Assembly: GCA_025786725.1 (NCBI GenBank)
Contig: JAHLTZ010000019.1
Location: 411,083 to 475,082 of the forward strand
DNA length: 64,000 bases
Direction of reading: 5' to 3'
DNA from: Syncephalis fuscata S228
Lineage: Eukaryota; Fungi; Zoopagomycota
Below, in pieces: positions 54,905 to 64,000 of this stretch (positions are counted from its first letter, which is position 1; each line of letters begins with the position of its first letter). Made by a program: the position numbers and the translations under genes. The notes under the pieces were generated by a model. The model had not been told where the DNA came from. It saw nothing but the letters and a program-made list of their open reading frames with translations, and did no database searches.

Positions 54905-56049
54905 GTATTCAAAGGACAAAAACGCATGATGTGGCCATATTGGCGACAGCGGAAACAGCCGCCGTTTTGTCGTAACGTTTCGCGTTCAGCATCAGTGAGT
55001 GGGGTAACCGATTAATGGTGTCTAGTTCCATTGGTATAGGGCCATTTCTTGGTTGTGTGTTAATCGGAGGGCGAAACTGTTGTTGTTGCGTTGGACGAGG
55101 TGTGTTATGGCGAACGTTGTTAGTTGCTGATTTGCCAATGTACTTGCGTAACGAATCAAAATGAGTAGCCACTTCTATGGCTGATTGTAATGTAGACGGT
55201 GTAGCTTTTTGTACTTCGTATTTAACTTCGTGATTCAGTCCATTAATAAACATAATACGTAAAGCTAACTGCCACATTTCGGAATCAGGCATAGGAAAAG
55301 TGTGCTTAAATTGTTAAATTCTAACGTATAATCATTGACACTTTTGTTGGCTTGTCGTAACATGTGAAGACGACTAAAAGCGTCTTCTTCTACCGAAGTA
55401 CCGGGACAGATGTGTTGGCGTAGTGCGTGAGCAAACGACTCCAAGTGGTATATGGATGACTATAGTCACCGTCAGAGTGAATAGTATTACTCTGCCACCA
55501 ACTAGAGGCAGTGCCATCTAAATAAGTGGCGGCTACTTCGATGCGTTCAATTTCATCAGGGATATACCTGACATATTGCCGTGCACGGTACAACCAAGTC
55601 TCTACTGAAATATCCTTATCATTGCCGTTGTATCGTGGCGGGGCAGATGGACGAGCAGTAGGAGGGGCAGTGACAGAAGTAGATGGAATAGCGGCAATAG
55701 CAGCGGCAGTATTGGCAGCGGCAGTAACAACAGCATCGGCAGTAGCAGCATTATTTTGGGACACAATTTGCGTTACAAACTTGAAATAAAGTCAGCGTTG
55801 GTAACGAAACTTGTGTTAGGCAATTCTGGGTTCATAATGGGTGTTATTTCTTCTTGAGTATCAGTAGTGTATTCGTTCGTGTGGCTTGTGATCGGTTCGT
55901 AGGTTCGGTATTCGTGTGGCTTGTGATCGGTGGTTCGTACTGGTTATCTGGGTTCGAAAGGTTACTGGTGGATCTTGGATGAGTTCGTCGGCGAAAGATT
56001 GACGGGCTTGTTCGTGGTCGAAGTATTTCGCACCACGTCGTTGGTTCAT
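54883..56049 (-). CDS. gag: Element A Gag, broken by several indels; start probably at ATG 56049 or 55835
   Basis: PPRYNG...VETWLY, YLDGTASSWW, FINGL, GPIPMELD, zinc knuckle CFRCRQYGHIMRFC, stop after GKVQHQ. Confidence 0.8.
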
Positions 56050-56085
56050 ATCACTGTAAGTCAAGGCAACGAGGTGGATAGGTTT

Positions 56086-56104
56086 AAACTACCCGTTGCT
56101 ACCA
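56086..56104 (-). other. Primer-binding site of element A (initiator-tRNA-Met type)
   Basis: TGGTAGCAACGGGTAGTTT, 2 nt after the 5' LTR; complementary to a tRNA 3' end ...AAACUACCCGUUGCUACCA, which fits the iMet GCUACCA pattern. Confidence 0.8.
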
Positions 56105-56106
56105 TA

Positions 56107-56439
56107 TGTAACCGTAGATACAGCGAACTGTTGCGGTTACTACGAGTCACAATACAATAATGTATATAAAATAAAATGAATATTGAAAGTGAACTAATGT
56201 CTTTATTTGTGTCATAATATACGCGTATTTATATTGTTCTATTGATATATGGAATATCTAAGTAGAACAATCAAAAGAAAATAAAATAAAATAAAAGAAA
56301 ATAAAAGATAAAGATAAAACAATACGCGGTGGCGGAGTGTTAACTTCATCGTGGACCATGTGTGATGATCGGTGTGTTTAAACACCGATCATAATGTCTA
56401 AAATGGTAATAATAAATGAGAGGGAGAATTTTTGTTACA
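56107..56439 (-). repeat. 5' LTR of element A
   Basis: Direct repeat of 50900-51237. Confidence 0.95.
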
Positions 56440-58176
56440 ATAATTCTTTTCGGCTGCCTGTAATATACGTGACATAAATGCAACAGGATGTTCATTATTA
56501 TCGGTTATTTGTGATAATACTGCACCAATTGCATAATCAGATGCATCTGTAGTAACGATAAATGGTGCATTAACATTTGGTATAACCAATACCGGTGCTG
56601 TAACTATCGCATTACGTAGTGTGTCAAATGCTGTTATTTTGATTATCTCCCATGTGAATGGCTCATCATTCTTAGTCAATTGACTTAAATGCCGTGCAGT
56701 ATCAGCATATCCACGAATAAACCGTCTATAATAGCCAGTTAATCCGAGGAAAGAGCGCAGTTCTTTCAGATTGTTTGGTATAGGCCAATTTGCAATAGCC
56801 ATTACTTTATCGTGTAGTGGTCTTATACCCTCGCCACTAACAATATGTCCCAAAAATTCCACCTCATCTTTACCAAATTCACATTTGCTTAATTTGGCAT
56901 ATAATTTGTTTTCTCTTAGTAATTGTAACACTTGCCGTAAGTGCCACTCATGTTCGGTATGATTTTTACTAAATATTAAAATATCATCCAAAAATACCAC
57001 TACACACTTGTCTAGTAATTTATGAAATACATTATGCATTAATCGCATAAATACTGACGGTGCATTAGTCAATCCAAATCCCATCACCGTCCACTCATAA
57101 TGCCCATAGCGCGTTCTAAACGCTGTTTTGTGAATATCATCCTCATTTACTCTTATTTGATGATATCCACTTCTCAAATCTATTTTTGAGAATACTTTCG
57201 CCCCATGTAACTGATCGAATAATTCATCGATCAGTGGCAACGCATAACGATCACGAATTGTTTGTGCGTTTAACATTCTGTAATCCACACACATACGTAA
57301 ATCACCTCCTTTCTTCCGCACAAATAGTACAGGTGCACCAAATGGTGATGTACTAGGCCTAATAAAGCCTTTTTCTAACAAATCATCGATCTGTTTCTTC
57401 AACTCGTCTAACTCTTTCTTTGCCAGATGGTATGTAGGCCGAAATGGTGGCTGCTGATGTGGCACCAAATTGATACGTATATCAATGTCTCTTTTTGGTG
57501 GTAAACCAGGTGGTAATTCTTCTGGTCCAACATCGGCAAATTCACCCAACAATCGCGCGTAACGGCCATTTAACGATGTATCATTTTTTTCTTTGTTTTC
57601 TTTTATCATCGCTAATAAAATCATATCATTGGCTTCTGTTTGCTCGACTTCTTCTATTGACATGAATGAAGGCTGAATTTTGTCGGTAATTTCTAATGTA
57701 CTTTTGGGTGCTGAATTACAATTAGAATTAATAACACCGGTCTTCCAATCTACTTGCGCTTCATGTTTTCTTAGCCATGGCATACCCAGCACTGCATTAT
57801 AGTTGCCCAATTTCATAATAGTAAAATCAATTTGTTCTTTCAGATAATTGAAAATAATAGGCACTTTATTAGCAGTACCAGATACACCGCACTCCATACC
57901 ATTTCCCAACTTTACATTGGCTGAATTTGCTTGTTTCGTAACATGTACTTGAGCCCTCTTGGCAAATTCAATATCCATAAAGTTGGTGGATGCACCAGAA
58001 TCGATTAATACATGGGCTGGAACACCATTGATTTTGAGTGCTACTGTAATTAAACCGGAGCTAGCGCGACCTTGAATGAGTGTAGACTGCTCAAATCCGG
58101 GTGGTATCGGAGTATTAGCGGCAACCTGGCCGTCAGTAAGTGTGCCGCACTTAATTACTGACGGTTGTCGTTTCCC
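56440..58176 (-). CDS. pol: Element B Pol (protease, RT, partial RNase H), truncated
   Basis: The -1 frame is open from the slippery site: GKRQPSV...[11 protein letters not shown]; RMCVDYR; FLDD; [10 protein letters not shown]. Confidence 0.92.
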
Positions 58177-59018
58177 TGAATTACGTTGTTGTTTGCTTGG
58201 ACGTCGACATTTGTTGATTGTAAATCTAAGCTGTTAGATTGCTGTTGATTGTTGTTATCGCGGTTATTGTAATTACGGTTGTTATTGCGATTACAATTTC
58301 TGGCTAGATGGCCACGTTTGTTACATGTGTAACATCTAGGCCCGTTATTGTAATTTTTACGGTTATTGTAATTACTGCTGTTGCTATTATTAATAAAACC
58401 TAAACTATTTAAAGCTTGGACTATAGTATCTAAATCCATTGGTGTTGGGCCGTTATTAGATTTAGTTGGTGGTGGTATTAAGTGTTGTAATCCATGTTTC
58501 CTTGAGTAATAGAAAGCACGTGTGGAAGCGTAAGCTTCGTTGATATTGGTGGGTTTATTATGTATCGAATCGGTTAAGTATTCCGGCGGCAATGTAAGTC
58601 GAAATGCCGTAACCAATTCCATGTCAGCGGCATCTGGAATTCGACTACGCAGTGCTGTGAAATTTGTAATATGTTCTTCAATGTCTTTATCTTCTGTCCA
58701 GCGCAATCGTGTGAGTTCCAAACGCGCGATGTCCGCTGATCGATTGCCACCAAAACGTTCTAAAATTCCGTCCCTTAGTTGTTCCCACGTGCTATATGGC
58801 GTATTACCGCCGCGTATCGATTGATACCAAACTGCCGCTGGTCCCGATAGTTGTTGGGACGCCATTATACGTTTTTGTTCGTCTGTAAATGTACCCAATT
58901 CCCATGCGTCTTCTACCATGTTACACCAATGTTCCACAGGCAAACTGGAATCACCGGTGAACTTTTCGGTGTGTGTGAGTGGTGAGCGGGAATTCGGTGA
59001 GAATAAAATCGGTCTCAA
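58155..59018 (-). CDS. gag: Element B Gag with CCHC zinc knuckle (no in-frame AUG at the expected start)
   Basis: EKFTGD...[46 protein letters not shown]. Confidence 0.88.
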   Translation of the reverse strand: MRPILFSPNSRSPLTHTEKFTGDSSLPVEHWCNMVEDAWELGTFTDEQKRIMASQQLSGPAAVWYQSIRGGNTPYSTWEQLRDGILERFGGNRSADIARLELTRLRWTEDKDIEEHITNFTALRSRIPDAADMELVTAFRLTLPPEYLTDSIHNKPTNINEAYASTRAFYYSRKHGLQHLIPPPTKSNNGPTPMDLDTIVQALNSLGFINNSNSSNYNNRKNYNNGPRCYTCNKRGHLARNCNRNNNRNYNNRDNNNQQQSNSLDLQSTNVDVQANNNVIQGNDNRQ

Positions 59019-59111
59019 CGTGTACTATATACTGAATCGTAATTTTAAAACAGCGGTGCTTATTTTCAAACACTGATAAGCAAAAATAAAATAAAATTGA
59101 AAAGAGGACAA

Positions 59112-59285
59112 TGCGACAAACGCGATATACGGTGCGACAAACGCAAAATAACGGTGCGACAAACGCAAAATAAACGGTGCGACAAACGCAAAAATAAACG
59201 GTGCGACAAACGCAAAAATAACGGTGCGACAAACGCAAAATAAACGGTGCGACAAACGCAAAAATAACGGTGCGACAAACGCAAA
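59112..59285 (-). repeat. Tandem array of 8 units of 21-24 bp in the element B leader
   Basis: TGCGACAAACGC cores at 59112, 59133, 59155, 59178, 59202, 59225, 59248 and 59271, with A-rich spacers ending in ACGG. Confidence 0.95.
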
Positions 59286-59292
59286 TACTAGT

Positions 59293-59310
59293 AACTACCC
59301 GTTGCTACCA
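59293..59310 (-). other. Primer-binding site of element B (same sequence as in A)
   Basis: TGGTAGCAACGGGTAGTT, 1 nt after the LTR end at 59312. Confidence 0.85.
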
Positions 59311-59311
59311 A

Positions 59312-59482
59312 TGTAACAACCGTAAAATAGGATATAATGGAATAAAGATTATCTTTTATTAAACAGAAATTGTGTGTTATTTATAAGCTTTGCGGAGCTT
59401 TAATTTAAGGTGTTGTGGGAAAATAATTGCATAATATTTAAATTATACAATTATTTCCCGTAACGAATATAATATCGTTACA
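59312..59482 (-). repeat. Putative 5' LTR of element B (171 bp, no partner in the window)
   Basis: Abuts the PBS; TGTAAC/GTTACA inverted termini; sequence character changes after 59482. Confidence 0.7.
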
Positions 59483-59660
59483 GGATGTTATTTCTTTTTG
59501 TGACAGTAGTATTCGTTGGTGAAACTTGTGATCGGTTGTTCGTAATGGGTATTGGTGTGTTGAGAAATCACTGGTAGATCTTGGATGAGTTTGTCAGCAA
59601 AAGCGGGGCTTGTTCGTGGTTAAAGTATTTAGCACCACGACGTTGATTCATATCTGTTGT
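59483..59660 (-). mobile_element. Element C remnant: diverged copy of the element A leader/gag 5' region
   Basis: Aligns by eye with 55840-56055 (MNQRRGAKYFNHEQA versus MNQRRGAKYFDHEQA). Confidence 0.75.
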
Positions 59661-60349
59661 AGTAAACAGTTGGTTCAATAGGAAACAATTGGATATGAGA
59701 TAAATGGATAATGATTTTGTTTATGTAGTAAATTGTTGCTGTATTTATAGCAATGTAAGTGTATGTAGAAAATACTCGTTTCATTGTAATGGAATGTTGT
59801 CGAATGTTTATTGATGTCATAGGACATCAAAAACATTGGGAAATCTAGATTTCATATTTTGCTTACTATATTTAGTAATTATGATCGGGAAGATCAGGGT
59901 GACGTAATAATCCCAAATGTCATAAATGCTGAGTTGTGAATCTAAAAATAGAATTTTAACAAAAATAAAGTAGCTGATAATGCCTATTAAAAATACTAAA
60001 TTATGTGCTCTTTTATAGTAAAATGAGCTAAGATTAAGAGGTATTTGTAAAGAAAGAACTTGTTTGTTCCTTCCTTTTAATATTGTATATGGGTATTAAG
60101 TTACTTAAAGTAAATTAGTACCCATGTTCTGTACTTAATATGTTAGTTGGGGGTACTAGCCGCGTGTTAAGTAAAAGCTACACAAATGTTGTACCTGACT
60201 AGATCACGTGACTAGATGCCAAATTAATTATAATTACCATATTTGGTAATAGATAAATAATTCAATCATGTGATCAAATTATTATTATTAGTGCCTTCGT
60301 AACAATGTGATGGTGGCGTCCACGTCATTTTGAACCACAGCGATAGCAT

Positions 60350-61075
60350 ATGTGGGGTATAGATTTTTTGCCGTTGTTTTTGGTGCTATACCAAAGACCA
60401 ATTCGAATGGCGAATAACCAATAGTGTCTTGTCTTCGACTGTTATATTGGTGGGTGATTTGCGGTAGTAATCGATACCAATGTGTCGTGGATGGTCGATC
60501 GGTGGCATATTTAGCTAATAGTTCTTTGAGTTTACGATTTGTGCGTTCAACTAGTCCATTAGTTTGAGGGTGATATGGGCTAGATTATGCGTGTGTAATG
60601 TCGTGTTTTTCTAGCAATTTTTTTACTGATCCAGTAAATTCTTTACCATGATCTGTAAGTATTTCAGACGGAATACTGTGACGATTCAAAATTTCTCTTC
60701 AATAAACTGAGCAACTCTAGCAGCTGTATTGGCTCCGATAGCTCTAGTTTTAATCCATTTGGTCAGATAATCGATAGCAACAACAATGTATCGTTTGTTG
60801 GTTGAACTACGAGGTAGTGTAATTAAATCAATACCGAACCGGTGAAATGGTGCAATAATGGGTATTGGTTTTAATGATTGTACGTGTCGTATTTGCGTCC
60901 TTAATTGGCAGTTACAACAGCCTCGAATATATGCTTGTATATCGCTGTCCATTTATGTCCAAAAATAACGGCGTTTAATTAATTCACACGTACTATGATT
61001 GGCAAAGTGTCCTGCTTCATCATGGTGTAGTTGTAATAGTGTAACTAATATTGTCGCACTTTTAACACTTGGTTT
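60350..61075 (-). pseudogene. Degenerate rve integrase fragment (Ty3/gypsy- or Ginger-like)
   Basis: HH.EAGH...YFW...CCNC, PFHRFGIDL, AIDYLTKW, ILTDHGKEF, SPYHPQTNGLVER, GYSPFELVFG; contains stops and frameshifts. Confidence 0.85.
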
Positions 61076-61269
61076 ATCGTAACAAGAAAGTTGTTATCAT
61101 TTTACTTGTTACGCAAACGCTACATGTTACAATTATAATCATACATTAATTGTTTTTTGTATGGTTATAATTCTATTATTTCGTACTAATTATTAAATGT
61201 AAGCTTAGTCTAACAATCACTGCTAGACTGAGATAATCAGAAAAGACTCTAAATTCAGTAATAAAGAGA

Positions 61270-62250
61270 ATAAATTTAAAGTAAAAAATACTTGTACCAT
61301 TTTGTCGCGATCTGTCCATTCATGTCTTCTAGCATCTCGTTCAAATTGTATTAGCCATAAAATTGGATATTCGTTCTGTACTGTTCCTTCAAATGGCAAA
61401 ATGTTACTGCCTACTTTTAGCGTAATTTGATAATTTGATATTAGCGCGTGATAATCGTATTCTTAATTATTAAATATTGCTGGTACTTATTGGCAAGTAT
61501 ATTCCTTTTTTTTACTGAAATGATGGCAAATTAATATGTTGATTTAGTGGTGGTTGACTATTGGCGTTTAATACACTTCTTGGGTCGGGAAGTATAAGCT
61601 GTGTGTTAGCGGTTGGTCTTAAACCGTAATCTCTATTAAAACTAGTAGTCGACTGTTTCTCTTTCCTACTTTTAATAATAAAATACAGTTGTTTATCTAC
61701 TTTAATAAATAGTGATTCTTTTATCTTTTGTTCCATTCCGTCTGCTACCATGTCCTTAATTCCATCTCTACCTAAGTCTACTGCCATTTGACCTAAAAAA
61801 TGGGCTAGTGATAATACAAATCGTTTCATATCTGTCTGGTCACCTTTTCGCGCATGGATGCGATTATAGAACTCCATGCTAATATTGATTTGTCTAGGCT
61901 GCCTGTGCAGTTCATATTTTGTATGAATAATAGTATTCTGCCGCGTAGTGATTCTAACTCTTTTGGGACGTCTTTTATGAAAGCTGAATTATATACTTCT
62001 TCGGTGTTATCGTCAGTTAGTTGACTAACAATAAGTTAAGTGTATTTTATATTTTTGCATTGTCTCGTGTTTGGATGGTCCAAGCGGTGGCCTTTTTAAC
62101 GCGTCTTTAGTTGGACCATCCATTGTACCATATCTTGTTCTTTTAGTACCAAGAGATCTTTCGGGATTGATAGAATTGTTTTACTAGTCTGAGTGGGCTT
62201 GCTAAATGTTATTATTCTATCCCTGGTAGAATAGTAACATCATGTAACTA
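61270..62250 (-). pseudogene. Degenerate gag-like retroelement remnant
   Basis: LPFEGT....PILWLIQFERDARRHEWTDRDK near 61290-61410 resembles a Gag N-terminal motif; broken upstream frames include ORF 61512-61877. Confidence 0.45.
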
Positions 62251-63268
62251 TTGGTATCGAAAAGTGTATTTTCAATAATCTAATGGTATTAATTACGTAT
62301 TTTATGTTATCATATGTGATCTAATTTTTATCTTTGTTCTTTCCATATCAACCAAACTAGATGTTTATAGAGTACATTAATATAATAATAATAATAATAA
62401 TGCATTTTTCGCCCCTGAATTTCATTTCATGTCAATAGTAATATCAGTCAAAAACAAACATGCAAAATTTAAATAACAATGATATAATAGAGCGACGGAT
62501 AATAGTTTATTGCAATATAGGCAATGTATATATTTATATTAAGCATGAGCTACACAAATATTATATATATATTATGCCAAGCAATCTCTAAAAGCTTCAT
62601 ATCTTTGGCTCTATATTTAGATTGCAACTACATTACCTGTTATTGCGTAATCTCACGTGCTTTAATTATTTACATTATTAGTACCCTGTTAGCTATTTAT
62701 TACTTAAATAGTCAGCTATGTATGATACTCGTATAGTTTTTATATTGTTCTAAACAAGGCAACTAATTAATAATAAACATTAATATAGTAGAATTCAATA
62801 ATTTATTAAAAATAACAAACTATGCGTGTATCTATATATAGTAAATGATACACAAATGTCTGTTTATGTATATGCTAAGCAATTTCCAAAGCATAAAACT
62901 CTTGATTATAAATGATAACCTATGTGTCTTTAAGGCAAGAACTAACATTATAATTAATTTTTAAACTTCAAATAATAAACAATAGAATTTTGAAGTATCA
63001 AAATAGTAATGGCTTTTTCAAATCAATAAATCGTAAATACACAGAATTGATGTGTAATTTGCATATTAATTTGTTTTTAATACATCAGCTTATCATAATG
63101 AATTGTGATTTGGCCAAGTAATTTACCGCAATTTATATAAACTCAAATTGTATTTAACACAACAAATATTTAATTGCTGAATATATACTAAATATAGCTA
63201 TTTACGATTACACAATAGTTATGTGTGACTTAGTCATGGTTTACTGCATTTTAAAGATATCAGTAATT

Positions 63269-64000
63269 TTAGATAACTTTTAATTTATAATTTATTGACA
63301 TCAAGTAAAATTCATAAAGGCAGTGATGCCATAGCTTTTTTAATTTAGAAATATATATAGTTACTAACAGGTATAAGCCGACTAGAATAGCTTGTTGAGT
63401 TTCATTTATATGGATATCAGCACTGCGGATATTGTTTGGATCATTCATTGCTGAGGTGTCGGAGTCATTATTTATAGGTTTTTTTGTAACGTAATTCACA
63501 GTATCGTTGATGTAATATACCTAGAAAATGTTAGCTTGTATAAGTCGCATGAATACTTGCCAGTCAACGGTATAAAATATTCTTGAGAATCTCCTCCAAC
63601 CTCGAAAACAATAATAAGGCAACAGATTACATTGCAGAGAACTATCAGGCACATTATCTGAATACCATCACGGGCCAGTTTCCTCCATGCTTCATAGCCA
63701 TATCTTTGATAGCGTCTATAGGCTACAGTGCTAAAAATGATTGAAAAAAGTATGTTGCTTGGAACCATTGTGCCGATCCAGTAGAATGGGATAAAGAGAT
63801 GATAGTAAGAAAGCATCCGGCAGATTTTCCAATACAATGTGTGAGTAGTTGTATACAATATAAATAAAGAAAAGCTGTGGCAGAATGCAAATGGTGCCAC
63901 AAATGGCTACCCAGCGTTGCGATAACAGCACAAGGTAGGCTTTGTAAAGTACAATATGCTGTTGCAAAAGATTGAAAAGCTTACTGCCGCTACAATATAC
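63269..64000 (-). CDS. 3' part of an uncharacterised multi-pass membrane protein (runs off the window)
   Basis: Successive hydrophobic segments (WVAICGTICILPQL, NILFSIIFSTVAY, IMCLIVLCNVICCLIIVF) spread across frames; likely 40-nt GC-AG intron 63521-63560; C-terminus uncertain. Confidence 0.6.

Larger units (their letters stand above)
50900..56439 (-). mobile_element. Element A: near-complete Ty3/gypsy chromovirus LTR retrotransposon
   Basis: Paired LTRs 56107-56439 and 50900-51237 with TGTAAC...GTTACA ends; PBS; PPT; gag; PR-RT-RH-IN-chromodomain. Confidence 0.97.
56440..59482 (-). mobile_element. Element B: 3'-truncated Ty3/gypsy LTR retrotransposon, interrupted in RNase H by element A
   Basis: Putative 5' LTR 59312-59482 (TGTAAC/GTTACA), PBS 59293-59310, gag, PR-RT-partial RH ending at AAEKNY next to the A LTR. 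Confidence 0.92.

Noticed and set aside
58951-59284. Three overlapping MRLSHR... ORFs
   Set aside because: Artefacts of the stop-free tandem repeat; they start at TTG
59112-59285. Repeat array as a CRISPR array
   Set aside because: No unique spacers and no cas genes; eukaryotic retrotransposon leader context

Overview
Intron-rich, gene-dense eukaryotic DNA from an early-diverging fungus. The Zoopagomycota/Syncephalis-like assignment is my inference from the short AT-rich introns of about 40-70 nt, the EF-1alpha sequence and the gene content. Bases 1-50.4 kb hold a compact array of housekeeping genes: a PRL-type phosphatase, COX17, GTR1/RagA, TEF1, mitochondrial uL4, ZRSR2-like, an unknown coiled-coil/TM protein, MTD1, SWD1/RBBP5, NSE3/MAGE, a BRF2-like TFIIB paralogue, VPS13, an SMG6-like PIN nuclease, TPR/MLP1 and a CHZ-domain chaperone. 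Two signal-peptide-bearing, catalytically degenerate kinase-fold genes sit among them as candidate secreted effectors and share an AC-x-x-LLALD leader motif. Bases 50.9-62.3 kb are a minus-strand nest of Ty3/gypsy elements: a near-complete chromovirus (A) inserted into the RNase H region of a second element (B), plus older gag and integrase remnants. A and B share an iMet-type PBS, TGTAAC termini, and a -1 frameshift cassette (slippery site plus pseudoknot) of matching geometry with compensatory base changes. The window ends in a partial multi-TM protein gene. Scattered single-base frameshifts in essential genes, and indel-only differences between the two A LTRs, point to assembly indel errors, so pseudogene calls need caution.
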